The notes under the pieces were generated by a model, which searched no databases, was not told the DNA's origin, and was given only the letters and a program-made list of their open reading frames with translations. The translations under genes were made by a program, and so were the position numbers. Of a stretch of 64,000 nucleotides of DNA, positions 13,012 to 24,531 are shown piece by piece. Origin of the DNA: Ranitomeya imitator (lineage: Eukaryota); the NCBI RefSeq assembly GCF_032444005.1, contig NC_091284.1:151776001-151840000 (forward strand). Direction: 5' to 3'. The first letter of the stretch is position 1. Each line of letters starts with the position of its first letter.

Positions 13012-13939
13012 TATATAAAACATAAGGCATCGGTAGCATCGTACACAGTGAAGAGGGAGTGACCCACAAAGTTCAAACACAAAAATCTCTTTAATGTGTT
13101 ATCTTCACACAGACAAATGCATTTAACTTCAGTTCATATAACTTCAGTGTATATTATCAATGTTCATAGCACAACATATCATATGGCTTTTAGATTGCAG
13201 TCCCTAAACACGCCAGACCTCTCCTTGTCCAGTATTCATGGGGCGACCGCGCACCATATTAAAGTCTCCATAAACAGCCTCATATATTGCAGACACTACA
13301 CTCGCCAGTCCTCCTCTGACTAGTTCCCGTGGGTGTCTTGCATCACTGTATCACAGTCTCTCTACTCAAACAGCCGTACACAGCCCAGGATATCCTCCGG
13401 ATAGCAGCCGGGCCCCATATTCACCTGTTTGCAATTGTTACCCATGCCAGTCCTCTTTCAGGCACAATACATCCACCTATTGGCACAGGACTGTCCACAT
13501 CTGACTCTTTCGGGCACAGGACTGTCCACATCCAAGACCAGTACCATGGACGACTTGCATCGCTGTATATGCTGCGAGTGCCAGGCTATTCAGCTGCCAT
13601 GGATGCTGGCTCTGCTGGCCTGTGGCTCCATGCACTCAGCCAGCGCTCTGCAGGCCTCTGCTCTGCACACCAACACACACCAGACTGACACTGACAGATT
13701 TCGTTACATGAAGCTGCTGGTGAGGATGTAGCTTTTCCTTTACCCCACCCCTCTGACACTGCTGCCACCTATAGAACATCTTTTGGTTTTGGGCGGCAGC
13801 GCCAGAGGGGTCAGGAAAAGAGTTATGCGCCCAAGTTCTTGCATATAAATGCATCCTTCAAGAACTCACTCAAACTGTTGTCAGAGCAAATCACTGCTGG
13901 ATTCAACCTAATGAACAACAGTTTGCTTGAGTTGAGCAC

Positions 13940-14250
13940 TAGTGATGAGCGAGTATACTCGTTACTCGGGTTTTCCCGAGCACACTCGGGTGATCTCCGA
14001 GTATTTGTTATTGTTTGGAGATTAAGTTTTTATTGCGGCAGTTGAATGATTTACAGTTATTAGCCAGGCTGTGTACATGTGGGGGTTGCCTGGTTGCTAG
14101 TGAATCCCCACATGTAATTAAGCTGGCTAATAGCTGTAAATCATTCAACTGCGGCGATGAAAACTTAATCGTCGAACACTAACAAATACTTGGAGATCAC
14201 CTGTGCGTGCTCGGGAAAACCCGAGCAACGAGTACACTCGCTCATCACTA
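13940..14250. mobile_element. hAT MITE, 311 bp
   Basis: TIR TAGTGATGAGCGAGTATACTCG / CGAGTACACTCGCTCATCACTA; 8-bp TSD TTGAGCAC / TTAAGCAC (1 mismatch). Confidence 0.88.
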
Positions 14251-14343
14251 TTAAGCACATGTCTGGATAGGATGCATTTAGATGCATGTAAATCGCCAAA
14301 TCACTCTTTTTTCCAGGCAGTAGTTGAGCACATAGACAAGCTA

Positions 14344-15430
14344 CCGTATATACTCGAGTATAAGTCGACCTGAGTATAAGCCGACCCCCTAATTTTGCCA
14401 CAAAAACTGGGAAAACTTAATGACTCGAGTATAAGCCTAGGGTGGAAAATGCAGCAGCTACCGGTAAATTTCAAAAGTAAAAATAGATACCAATAAAAAT
14501 AAAATTAATTGAGACATCAGTAGGTTAAGTGTTTTTGAATATCCATATTGAATCATGAGCCCCATATAATGCTCCATAAAGTTTGATGGGCCCCATTAGA
14601 TGCTCCATATTAAAATAAGCCCCATATAGTCCTGCAAAAAGGGCAATAAGGGCCCCATAAGATGCTCCATAGAGATATTTGCCCTATATAGTGCTGCACA
14701 AATGTTATGGCCCCATAAGATGCTCGATACAGTCACTTGCCCCATATAATGCTGCACAAACGTTATGGCCCCAAAAGATACGCGATACAGTCACTTGCCT
14801 CATATAATGCTGCACAAACGTTATGGCCCCATAAGATGCTCGATACAGACATTTGCCCCATATAGTGCTGCACAAACATTATGGCCCCATAAGATGCTCC
14901 ATATAGTCACTTGCCACATATAATGCTGCACAAACGTTATGGCTCCATAAGATGCTCCATACAGTCACTTGCCCCATATAATGCTGCACAAACGTTATGG
15001 CCCCATAAGATGCTCCATACAGTCACTTGCCCCATATAGTGCTGCACAAACGTTATGGCCCCATAAGATGCTCCATACAGTCACTTGCCCCATATAATGC
15101 TGCACAAACGTTATGGCCCCATAAGATGCTCCATACAGTCACTTGCCCCATATAATGCTGCACAAACTTTATGGCCCCATAAGATGCTCCATACAGTCAC
15201 TTGCCCCATATAGTGCTGCACAAATGTTATGGCCCCATAAGATGCTCCATACAGTCACTTGCCCCATATAGTGCTGCACAAATGTTATGGCCCCATAGAT
15301 GCTTCATACAGTCACTTGCCCCATATGCTGTGGCTGCAATAAAAAAAAATAAAAAAAAATCACATACTCACCTCTCCCCCGACACTTTCAATTGTCACCT
15401 GCTCCTCGTTCTGGTGTGGCTCCGTCTTCA
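14344..15430 (+). mobile_element. Tc2/pogo-like non-autonomous element, left part
   Basis: TA-CCGTATATACTCGAGTATAAG terminus with repeated CGAGTATAAG motifs. The right end is missing. Confidence 0.6.
14560..15330 (+). repeat. 58-bp minisatellite, about 12-13 copies
   Basis: Unit GCCCCATAAGATGCTCCATACAGTCACTTGCCCCATATAATGCTGCACAAACGTTATG. Confidence 0.92.
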
Positions 15431-15439
15431 GCACTGACT

Positions 15440-16167
15440 TCTTGTAGTTGAAATATTCAGATCCAGATGCAGCAGGTTTCACGATACAAATATGTTTCCC
15501 ATCCACTGCACCCAAGGAATTGGGAAACTGACAAATTTTTGGGAAGTTTTTGGTATTGTCCAGCTAACTTTCCGTTGTGGGATGTGGGATAAATTCTTCA
15601 TGTAAACAGTCCCACAATGCACGGCAGGTGTGCTTAACAATCCCCGATATGGTGGAAATCCCGAGTGTGAATTGAAAGTGTAGTGATGAAAGGGATTCGT
15701 CATTTGCAAGGAAACTGTGAAAAAAGGCAAGGCAATAATTAATACAAAATACCAGCAACAACATTACAGTTATAAGTCAGCTTTAACAGTAGGAAATATA
15801 ATAAAAATGGCTTACCGAAGAGTCCCCATCAAACGCTCCATCGTTGAAATGGAAAAGCGGCAATACGTGTTACTTCTATGGATGAGGTGTTCAATCCGTT
15901 CAACCAAAAAAATCAAAGTTCTCTGCTTTCATACCAACATAGCTGAAAAACTTCTCGGGGTTTCCTCTTAACTCCAAGTATAATGTTGAATACACCCCAC
16001 GTGTCATTCTCTGTGCTGTGATTGGGTGGATCCAAAAACAACGTTGGCGCAGACGCATGATGCGCTGTCTTTCTTGCTCCTTCTCAAGAAGAAGTCACTT
16101 CCAAATGATTTGTCTCAAAAGTGAAATCCACATAAATCTTCAGAATGTTTGCCATCACACCTTCCAT
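15440..16167 (-). pseudogene. PIF/Harbinger transposase, N-terminal half, decayed
   Basis: Minus-strand fragments: MEGVMANI..., [83 protein letters not shown]. Confidence 0.85.
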
Positions 16168-16488
16168 CTTTACCACTTGCTCTACAACCTGTCAAAGATG
16201 GGCTGTAGAAACACTGTATGTATAGGTTTTTGGAATGTATACCAGAAACATGGGATTCAAATCTGCACCTATGGAGCCATTAACTTCAAAGTCAACCCAG
16301 TCAAATGGGGTCCAAAATATGAAACTTTGGACTTAGTTTGACATCTTTTCTGTTAGTAAGGCAGTAAGAAATGAGGTATCACTTTCTTCAAAATAGATTG
16401 AACACATTGTCAATAATACAAGAAATCCACAAAAGAGAAAATGCCACAAAGTAGAAAAATAAAAAAAGCCTCCATCCCTGTTTGAGTT

Positions 16489-16925
16489 TGCGTTGAGAAA
16501 CACGTGATGGTGTCTCCGCGGTGTTGGATGTTTTGATCTCCCCGAGGTCATTCATCCTTATGTTTATAGTCATAAATTTTACTAGGCACTGCTCCTAATA
16601 GCCAGTTTCCTACTCCACACTGATGAGGGGCAAATACCCTGAAACAGCTGTCTGTGGATGGATACCATGTTTTGGCATAGGTGGTTTTCCTTTTTGGATG
16701 CTGCCCTTCCCGTGGTTGTTCCTTCCCGGTGAAAGACCTGGCTAATTATTGCTTGCGTTAAGAAACACGTGATGGTGTCTCCGCGACTTTTCTACATGCA
16801 TTTGCATATTTCCCATAAGGAATGGGGGCAGTGTTCTGGATCACTGCGTTGAGAAACATGTGATGGTGTCTCCGCGGTGTTGGATGTCTTGATCTCCCCG
16901 AGGTCATTCATCCTTATGTTTACAG
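16489..16925 (+). mobile_element. Retrozyme-like element: 356-nt monomer with 81-nt terminal direct repeat and one hammerhead
   Basis: 16489-16569 repeats at 16845-16925 (period 356, about 3 mismatches). A partial internal copy lies at 16754-16785. No ORF. Confidence 0.75.
16614..16658 (+). ncRNA. Type I minimal hammerhead ribozyme
   Basis: Stem I TCCACA/TGTGGA; core CTGATGA (16620-26); stem II GGGG/CCCT; GAAAC; palindromic stem III ACAGCTGT; GTC cleavage triplet (16650-52). Confidence 0.9.
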
Positions 16926-17210
16926 ATTGGAGCTAGGCACTTAAAATTTTGATTGTTTTGAAAATTTTAGCGACAACCTGCTACTTCCTCAATTTGCATA
17001 CTGGTATGACTTGTCCTTCTTGGCATTGCAATTTTAATGTTGAGAAGTGCATAAAATTAATTAACTCAATCAATAAGCATCAAAGAGAAAAGAAATCAAA
17101 ATGCCAGAATTGTTGTTTTTTTTAACTCTGCATGTCTGTAAAAAAATGCCACAAAAAGCCATCAAAACATTGTCATTCAATAAAAAAAAAAGCCTTCATA
17201 TGGCAATGTC

Positions 17211-17241
<31 letters not shown>

Positions 17242-17729
17242 TCTTGGAAGGAGAGGAGGAAATATTAAGCACAAAAATTTAAAATTGCCTTGTTGGCAGG
17301 CTCGGACTGGCCCACCGGGGAACCGGAGGATCTTCCGGTGGCCCTGGCACTGACACCTGCTGGCAGGGCCTCCCCCCGCTCCAGGGCCCCCCCCTCCCGC
17401 TGCCGCCCGCCTTGAATACTCACCCTGCTCCAGCGATTGTCTCGGCGTCTGCACTGCAGCTTGTCCTCAACGAGCGGTCACGTGACACCGCTCATTAAGA
17501 TCATGAATATGTGCATATTCATGATCTTAATGAACGGTGTCACATGACCGCTCAAGCAGGAAGAAGGTGCTGCGCCGGCGCCGCCGCCTGAAGTCGGGAC
17601 AGAGCACGAGGGATGTCGGCACGGCCGTGCAGTGGGACAGGTGAGTTGAGTATGAGGGATGAAGGAGGACATAAGCCGGCGCGCCGAGCAGGAGCAGGAG
17701 CGGGTGCGGGTGCGGAGAGATAAGCCTGC

Positions 17730-18440
17730 ATACAGGGGGGAATATAAGCCATGCAGGGGGGAATATAAGCCATGCATACAGATACAGGGGGGAATATGAG
17801 CCATGCGGGGGGAATATAAGTCATGCAGGGGGGAATATAAGCCATGCAGGGGGGAATATAAGCCATGCATACAGGGGGGAGAATATAAGCCATGCATGCC
17901 GGGGGGAATATGAGCCATGCATACAGGGGTGGAATATGAGCCATGCATACAGGGGGGAATATGAGCCATGCATACCGGGGGGAATATGAGCCATGCATAC
18001 CGGGGGGAATATGAGCCATGCATACAAGGGTGGAATATGAGCCATGCATACAGGGGGGAATATGAGCCATGCATACCGGGGGGGAATATGAGCCATGCAT
18101 ACAGGGGTGGAATATGAGCCATGCATACAGGGGGGAATATGAGCCATGCATACAGGGGGGGAATATAAGCCATGCATACAGGGGCGGACTATGAGCCATG
18201 CATACAGGGGCGGACTATGAGCCATGCATACAGGGGCGGAATATGAGCCTTACATACAGGGGGGAATATAAGCCATGCATACAGGGGTGGAATATGAGCC
18301 ATTCATACAGGGGGGGGATATGAGCCATGCATAGGGGGGGGAATATGAGCCATGCATACATGGGGAGATATGAGTCATGCATACAGGAGGGGGTAATATG
18401 AGCTATGTATATGGGATAGGAGGGAGATGAGCCATGCATA
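17730..18440 (+). repeat. 25-bp minisatellite
   Basis: Unit GGGGGGAATATGAGCCATGCATAC(A/C), about 28 copies. Confidence 0.92.
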
Positions 18441-18454
18441 CAGGAGCGGGGTCA

Positions 18455-18905
18455 TTATATAGTATTGAGCATCATGTGTGGCCATTATACAGTATGGAGC
18501 ATCATGTGTGGCCAATGGACATTTTACAGTATGGAGCATCATGTGTGGCCGTTATACAGTATGGAGCATCATTTGTGGCCATTATACAGTATTGAGCATT
18601 ATGTGGGATCATTATACAGTATGGAGAACTGTGTGGCCGTTATACACTATGGAGCACTATATGTGGGTGGTCATTATACAGTATGGAGCACTGTCTGGCC
18701 ATTATACACTATGGAGCATCATGTGTGGCCATTATACACTATGGAGCATCATGTGTGGCCATTATACAGTATGAAGAACTGTGTGTGGCCATTATACAGT
18801 ATGCAGCATCATGTGTGGCCATTATACAGTATGGAGCATCATGTGTGGTGGCCGTTATACAGTATTGAGCATCATGTGTGGCCATTATACAGTATGGAGC
18901 ACTGT
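18455..18905 (+). repeat. 30-bp minisatellite
   Basis: Unit TATGGAGCATCATGTGTGGCCATTATACAG, about 15 copies. Confidence 0.92.
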
Positions 18906-19401
18906 GTGGCCATATTTTTGTTTGCTTATAATTATTGTATATAAAACAGTGTGATCAGCAGTGCTAAATGGCTGCGGTTGGGACATGAATATGGGTGTGA
19001 CTAGTTGTGAAATGGGTGTGGTCAGAGGCGTGGCCTAAAATTTGCTGCGGCGCACTATGCGCGCCGCAAACTTTATACCTCCTTCCCTCCTTCAAAAGTT
19101 GGGAGGTATGGTACCACATTTGCCAGATCACGGCAAGTGCCGCAAATCCCATAGGGAATGAATGAGGCCGAATGCAGTGTTGCTGTAAGTGATCCGTTAC
19201 GCGGCAGATGCAGAAAAACTGCCGGATCTGCTGCAAAAGGCGACTTTCACATCAGCGATTCTTGCCAAAGTCACTGCCGATAGTGTCATACTCACCAAAA
19301 GGGGAGGCAGCGCTAAAAGTGCCTAGGGCAGCAGAAACTCTAAATACGGCCCTGGGGGGCTACATTATATTCTGTGGGGGGACTGCATTATACTCAAGGT
19401 A

Positions 19402-20657
19402 TATAAGAAGCGTGGTGCACTTATCCAATAGAATTAATACTGAATTATAGCAAATGGATAAAATATAACCTTTATTAGGTATACTTAAAAATAGGCCTCT
19501 GATAGGCACTATTTACTAACCAAAAAAAATTACTAAAACAAACAAAAATAGGAAACCAAGCATGATATGTGCCCTATTACCTACACAGAATGGGAAACGA
19601 CAGACAGACAGACAGATACAAGTAACAAATACTCTGCAGCACTGACCGTGCTAAAAATGAATTACCAATCCACAATAGTCCTTATAGGCTCACCAAAAGT
19701 GGGCCAGTTATTATACAACCCAGCTGGACATAGATATACTGACACAGAATGCACCTCTGTATAAGGATATTGTACCTATAACTGTGTCTATTCAATCAAA
19801 GAAAGTTTGTCCACTTATAGAAGCTGGTTTCTAAGTAAGAGAGTGTTCTTGTAGTGTGTACTTAGTACAACTCAATGTATAATCACTCTACCAAGATATA
19901 TACATACAGATGACTCTACATAGGATTGGAATAACATCTGTGCAGAGTAGCAGACCACATATGCAGCATTATGAGATGCCCAACAATTGAAAATACCCTT
20001 CCATATAGCTTTTGGGATACATATTAACTCATTTAAACATACTATGAGTGTTCCCTGGTGGGTTCAGTTGTGACATCTTAGAGGGTTAATGATGGTGGGG
20101 TATAGTTACGGGAGCGCTGTGATAATAATAATGCTGCATATGTGGTCTGCTATTCTGCACTGATGTTATTCCAATCCTATGTAGAGTCATCTGTATGTAT
20201 ATATCTTGGTAGAGTGATTATACATTGAGTTGTACTAAGTACACACTACAAGAACACTTTCTTACTTAGAAACCAGCTTCTATAAGTGGACAAACTTTCT
20301 TTGATTGAATAGACACAGTTATAGGTACAATATCCTTATACAGAGGTGCATTCTGTGTCAGTATATCTATGTCCAGCTGGGTTGTATAATAACTGGCCCA
20401 CTTTTGGTGAGCCTATAAGGACTATTGTGATTGGTAATTCATTTTTAGCACGGTCAGTGCTGCAGAGTATTTGTTACTTGTATCTGTCTGTCTGTCTGTC
20501 GTTTCCCATTCTGTGTAGGTAATAGGGCTCATATCACGCTTGGTTTCCTATTTTTGTTTGTTTTAGTAATTTTTTTTGGTTAGTAAATAGTGCCTATCAG
20601 AGGCCTATTTTTAAGTATACCTAATAAAGGTTATATTTTATCCATTTGCTGTAATAT
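19402..20657. mobile_element. 1.26-kb non-coding palindromic insertion, probably PLE-derived
   Basis: Arms 19444-19972 and 20128-20655 are near-perfect inverted repeats with a 155-bp spacer. 15-nt flanking duplication ATTATACTCAAGGTA (19387-19401 / 20658-20672). Confidence 0.8.
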
Positions 20658-20672
20658 ATTATACTCAAGGTA

Positions 20673-21110
20673 CTACATTATATTATGGGGGGCTACATCA
20701 TACTATATGAGGGGTTACAGTATACTCTATGGGGGGCTGCATTATATTCTGTGGTGGGGCTGCATTATTCTCTCAGGGGACTACATAATATTATGGGGGC
20801 TACATCATACTATATGAGGGGGCTACAGTATACTCTATGGGGGGCTGCATTATATTCTGTGGTGGAACTGCATTCTCTCAGGGGACTACATTATATTCTC
20901 TGGTGGGTGGCATTATACTATATGGGGGGGGCTGCATTATACCCTATGGGGTGCTACATTATATTCTATGGTGGGGACTGCGTCATACCTGAGAGGGTTG
21001 CATTATATTTTGTGGGGTGCTGCATTATATTCTATGAGAGGGGACTGCATTATATTTTATGAGGGGGCTACATTATATTCTGTGAGGGGGCTACCCCAAC
21101 CCTTGCTACA
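20673..21110 (+). repeat. Degenerate ~25-30-bp GGGGGCTACATTATATTCT minisatellite
   Basis: The same array is visible at 19350-19390 on the other side of the palindrome. Confidence 0.8.
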
Positions 21111-21563
21111 TTATTAAGAAGTGAACTACCTTATATTATACCCTGATATTAGCGCTTTTTACCGCACAATTGGTGGTCTTGTATCTATTTCTATGTAGCT
21201 ACATAGTGGGCCCCAAGAATGATTTTCTCTGGTGGGCCCAAGGTGCTCCAGTCCGACGCTGCCTGTTGGTTAGGGTTTTTTTAATTCTAAAAGCTAGTTT
21301 TATTAAATTTTATTTTCCAATTATTATGTATATTGAAAAAATCTTGAAATCTTTCAATTTTCACACTAGTCACTAAACTTTAGGAAAGCAGGTCAGCTCA
21401 AAAATCAGTATTTGTAATATCAATATGCCTTATGGCGCAAGATCACCTAAAAGGACATAAAGAGTCAGCATAATTTTGCAAAGTAAAGACATGGCTGTAA
21501 CGGTGCTGTAATTCAGATTACATTGATACATTTGGTGAAAAAATCCACTTTGTGGTTCTTTAA

Positions 21564-24354
21564 CCCCTTAGCGACCGCCGGTACGCCTTTTAACGGCGGT
21601 AGTTAAGGGTAGCACTCGGCAACAATAGGAGGATTTTTCCTTCTGGTTCATTTTGATCACTGTTATAGACTCTATCACAGTGATCAAAGTAAACAAATAG
21701 TAAATGAACCCCTCCTTTATCACCCCCTTAGTTAGGGAAAAATAATAAAATAAAGAAAATATACTTATTTCCATTTTTCCATTAGGGTTACAGTTGGGCT
21801 AAAGTAAGTTGGGCTAAAGTTAGGGTTAAGGTTAGGGTTGGGGCTAAAGTTAGGGTTAGATTTGGGATTAGGGTTAGGATTAGGGTTGGGATTGAGATTA
21901 GGGTTGGGATTAGGGTTGGGATTAGGGTTAGGATTAGGGTTGGGATTGAAATTAGGGTTGGGATTAGGGTTAGGGTTGGGATTAGGGTTAGGGTTGAGAT
22001 TAGGGTTAGAGTTGGAATTAGGGTTGGGATTAGGGTTATGGCTGGGATTAGGGTTGAGATTAGGGTTTGGATTAGAGTTACAGGTGGGATTAGGTTAGGT
22101 TTGTGTTTAGGGTTATGGTTTGGGTTGGGATTAGGGTTAGGGGTGTGTTGGGATTAGGGTTAGGGTTGGGATTAGGGCTAGGGTTGGGATTAGGGTTAGG
22201 ATTAGGGTTAGGGTTGGGATTAGGGTTAGGTTTGTGGCTAGGATTATGGTTAGGGTTGGGATTCGGGTTAGGGTTGGGATTCGGGTTAGGATTGGGATTA
22301 TGGTTAGGGGTGGTTGGGGTTAGGTTTGTGATTAGGATTACGGTTAGGGTTGGGATGGAGTTAGAATTGGGGGGTATCCACTGTTTAGGTACATCAGGGG
22401 GTCTCCAAACATGACATGGTGCCACTATTGATTCCAGCCAATTTTGCGTTCAAAAAGTCAAATGATGCTCCCTCCCTTCTGAGCTCTGCCGTGCACCCAA
22501 ACAGTGGTTTACCCCCATATATGGGGCATCAGCGTACTCAGGACAAATTGGACAACTACTTTTTGAGTCGAATTTCTCTTGTTTCCCTTGAGAAAATAAA
22601 AAAATTGCTGGCTAAAAAATTATTTATGTGGAAAAAATGATTTTTTTATTTTCACTCTGTTATAAACTTCTGTGAAACTCTTGGGAGTTCAAAGTTCACA
22701 CAACACATCTAGATAAGTTGCTTGGGGGGGTCTAGTTTCCAAAATGGGGTCAGTTCTTGGTGTTTCTACTGTTAAGGCACATCAGGGGCTCTGCAAACGC
22801 AATATGACGCCCACAGACATTCTAACAATGTCTGTATTCCAAAACAGCGCTCCTTCCCTTCCGAGCTCTGCCATGCACCCAAATAGTGGTCACCCCCACA
22901 TATGGGGTATCAGCGTACTCAGGACAAATTGCACAACAACTTTGGTGGTCCAATTTCTCTTACTACCTTTGTGAAAGTAAAAATTTGGGGGTGAAATATA
23001 ATTTTTGTGGAAAAAATATGATTTTTTATTTTCATGGCTCTTCGTATTAAACTTCTGTGAATCACTGTGCTCACCACACATCTGGATAAGCTCCTTGGTG
23101 GGGTCTAGTTTCCAAAATGGGGTCACGTGTGAGGAGTTTCTACTGTTTAGGTACATCAGGGGCTCTGCAAACGCAACATGACACCCGTAGGCCATTCCAT
23201 CAAAGTCTGCATTTTAAAACGTCAATACTTCCTTCTGAGCACCGATGTGTGCCCAAACAGTGGTCTCCCCCACATATAGGGGATCGGCGTACTCAGGACA
23301 AACTGGACAACAGCTTCTAGGGTCCAATTTTTCCTGCTACCCTTGTGAGATTAAAAAATACAGGCTAAAAATAATTTTGGAGGAAAAAAATAGATTTTTT
23401 ACTTTCACGGCTCTGCGTTATAAACTTCTGTGAAGCGCTTCGGGGTTCAAAGTGCTCACCACACATCTAGATAAGTTCCTTAGGTAGTCTAGTTTCCAAA
23501 ATGGTGTCACCTGTGAGGGGTTTCTACTGTTTAGGCTCAACAGGGGCTCTCCAAACGCGACATGGCGTCCAATCTCAATTCCAGCCAAGTCTGCATTGAA
23601 AAAGTCAAATGGCACTCCTTCTATTCCAAGCTCTGCCGTGCGCCCAAACAGTGGTTTATGCCCACATTTGGGGTATCAGCGTATTCAGGAGAAATAGTAC
23701 AACAAATTTTGTGGTTCATTTTCTCTTTTTACACTTGTGAAAATAAAAAAAATTTGGTTCTGAAGTAAAATGTTTGTAAAATCTTAATTTTTTCCTTCCA
23801 CGTTGCTTCAGTTCCCGTGAAGCACGTAAAGGGTTAATAAGCTTCTTGAATGTGGTTTTGAGCACCTTTAGGGTGTAGTTTTTAGAATGGTGTCACTTTT
23901 GGTATTTTCTGTCATTTACTCCCTTCAAAGTGACTTTAAATGTGAGATGGTCCCTAAAAAAATGGTATTGTAATTTTGTTGTAAAAATGAGAAATTGCTG
24001 GTCAACTTTTAATCCTTATAATTTCCTAACAAAAAAAATGTTTACAAAATTGTGCTGATGTAAAATAGACATATGGGAAATGTTTTTTATTAACTATTTT
24101 GTGCAACATATCTCTCTGATTTAAGGGCATAGAAATTCAAAGTTTGAAAATTGCAAAATTTAAATTTTTTGTCATATTTCCATTTTTAAAATATATAAAC
24201 GCAAGTAATATCGAAGAAATTTTGCCACTAACACGAAGTACAATATGTAGCAATAAAACATTCTCAGAATCTGTGGGATCCATTAAAACGTTCCAGAGTT
24301 ATAACCTCATAAAGTGACAGTGGCCAGAATTGTAAAATCTGGCCAAGTCATTAA
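21564..24354 (+). mobile_element. Large TTAA-CCC (piggyBac-type) non-autonomous element
   Basis: TTAA|CCCCTTAGCGACC start; ~300-bp internal tandem blocks (22370-23900); truncated right end GGCCAAGTCATTAA. A reverse copy lies at 37420-47110. Confidence 0.6.
21780..22365 (+). repeat. Degenerate telomere-like repeat (TTAGGG/TTGGGA/TTAGGA)
   Basis: About 580 bp of TTAGGG variants inside the element above. Confidence 0.92.
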
Positions 24355-24531
24355 TCACCATTTTAAGTTTTCTGTTAATTAGATCTCTGTACATAAGGCT
24401 TTCCTAATTGTCTGTGTTTCCTGGGCTCCCCTGCCTGCCTCCAGTCTGTAAATGAAGGATTACTGCTTAATCAGTGACCTGCCTCCTGTGTTTGAATTAC
24501 CACACAGGTGTAGTCATTGCTGTATGAGAAA

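Larger units (their letters stand above)
17297..21261. mobile_element. Non-autonomous hAT element, 3965 bp, carrying minisatellites and a nested palindrome
   Basis: TIR CAGGCTCGGACTGG / CCAGTCCGACGCTG; 8-bp TSD CTTGTTGG / CCTGTTGG. Confidence 0.82.

Noticed and set aside
14560-15330. CRISPR-like regular array (also 57215-57860 and 62690-63610)
   Set aside because: Whole units repeat with no unique spacers; eukaryotic context; no cas genes.
17211-17238. A28 run as a retrocopy tail
   Set aside because: No recognisable SINE/LINE body or TSD; it lies in A-rich transposon subterminal sequence.
17478-18944. Long ORFs (231, 215, 134 and 159 aa) rich in MAHIPP/YAWLIF repeats
   Set aside because: Translations of 25-bp and 30-bp minisatellites; no coding signal.
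19444-20655. Hammerhead in the small palindrome
   Set aside because: No CTGANGA/GAAAC pair with supporting stems found on either strand.
21780-22365. Chromosome-fusion scar or true telomere
   Set aside because: Single orientation, highly degenerate, and embedded in a transposon derivative; no head-to-head TTAGGG/CCCTAA junction.
21838-22425. GL/NP-repeat ORFs
   Set aside because: Translations of the telomere-like array.
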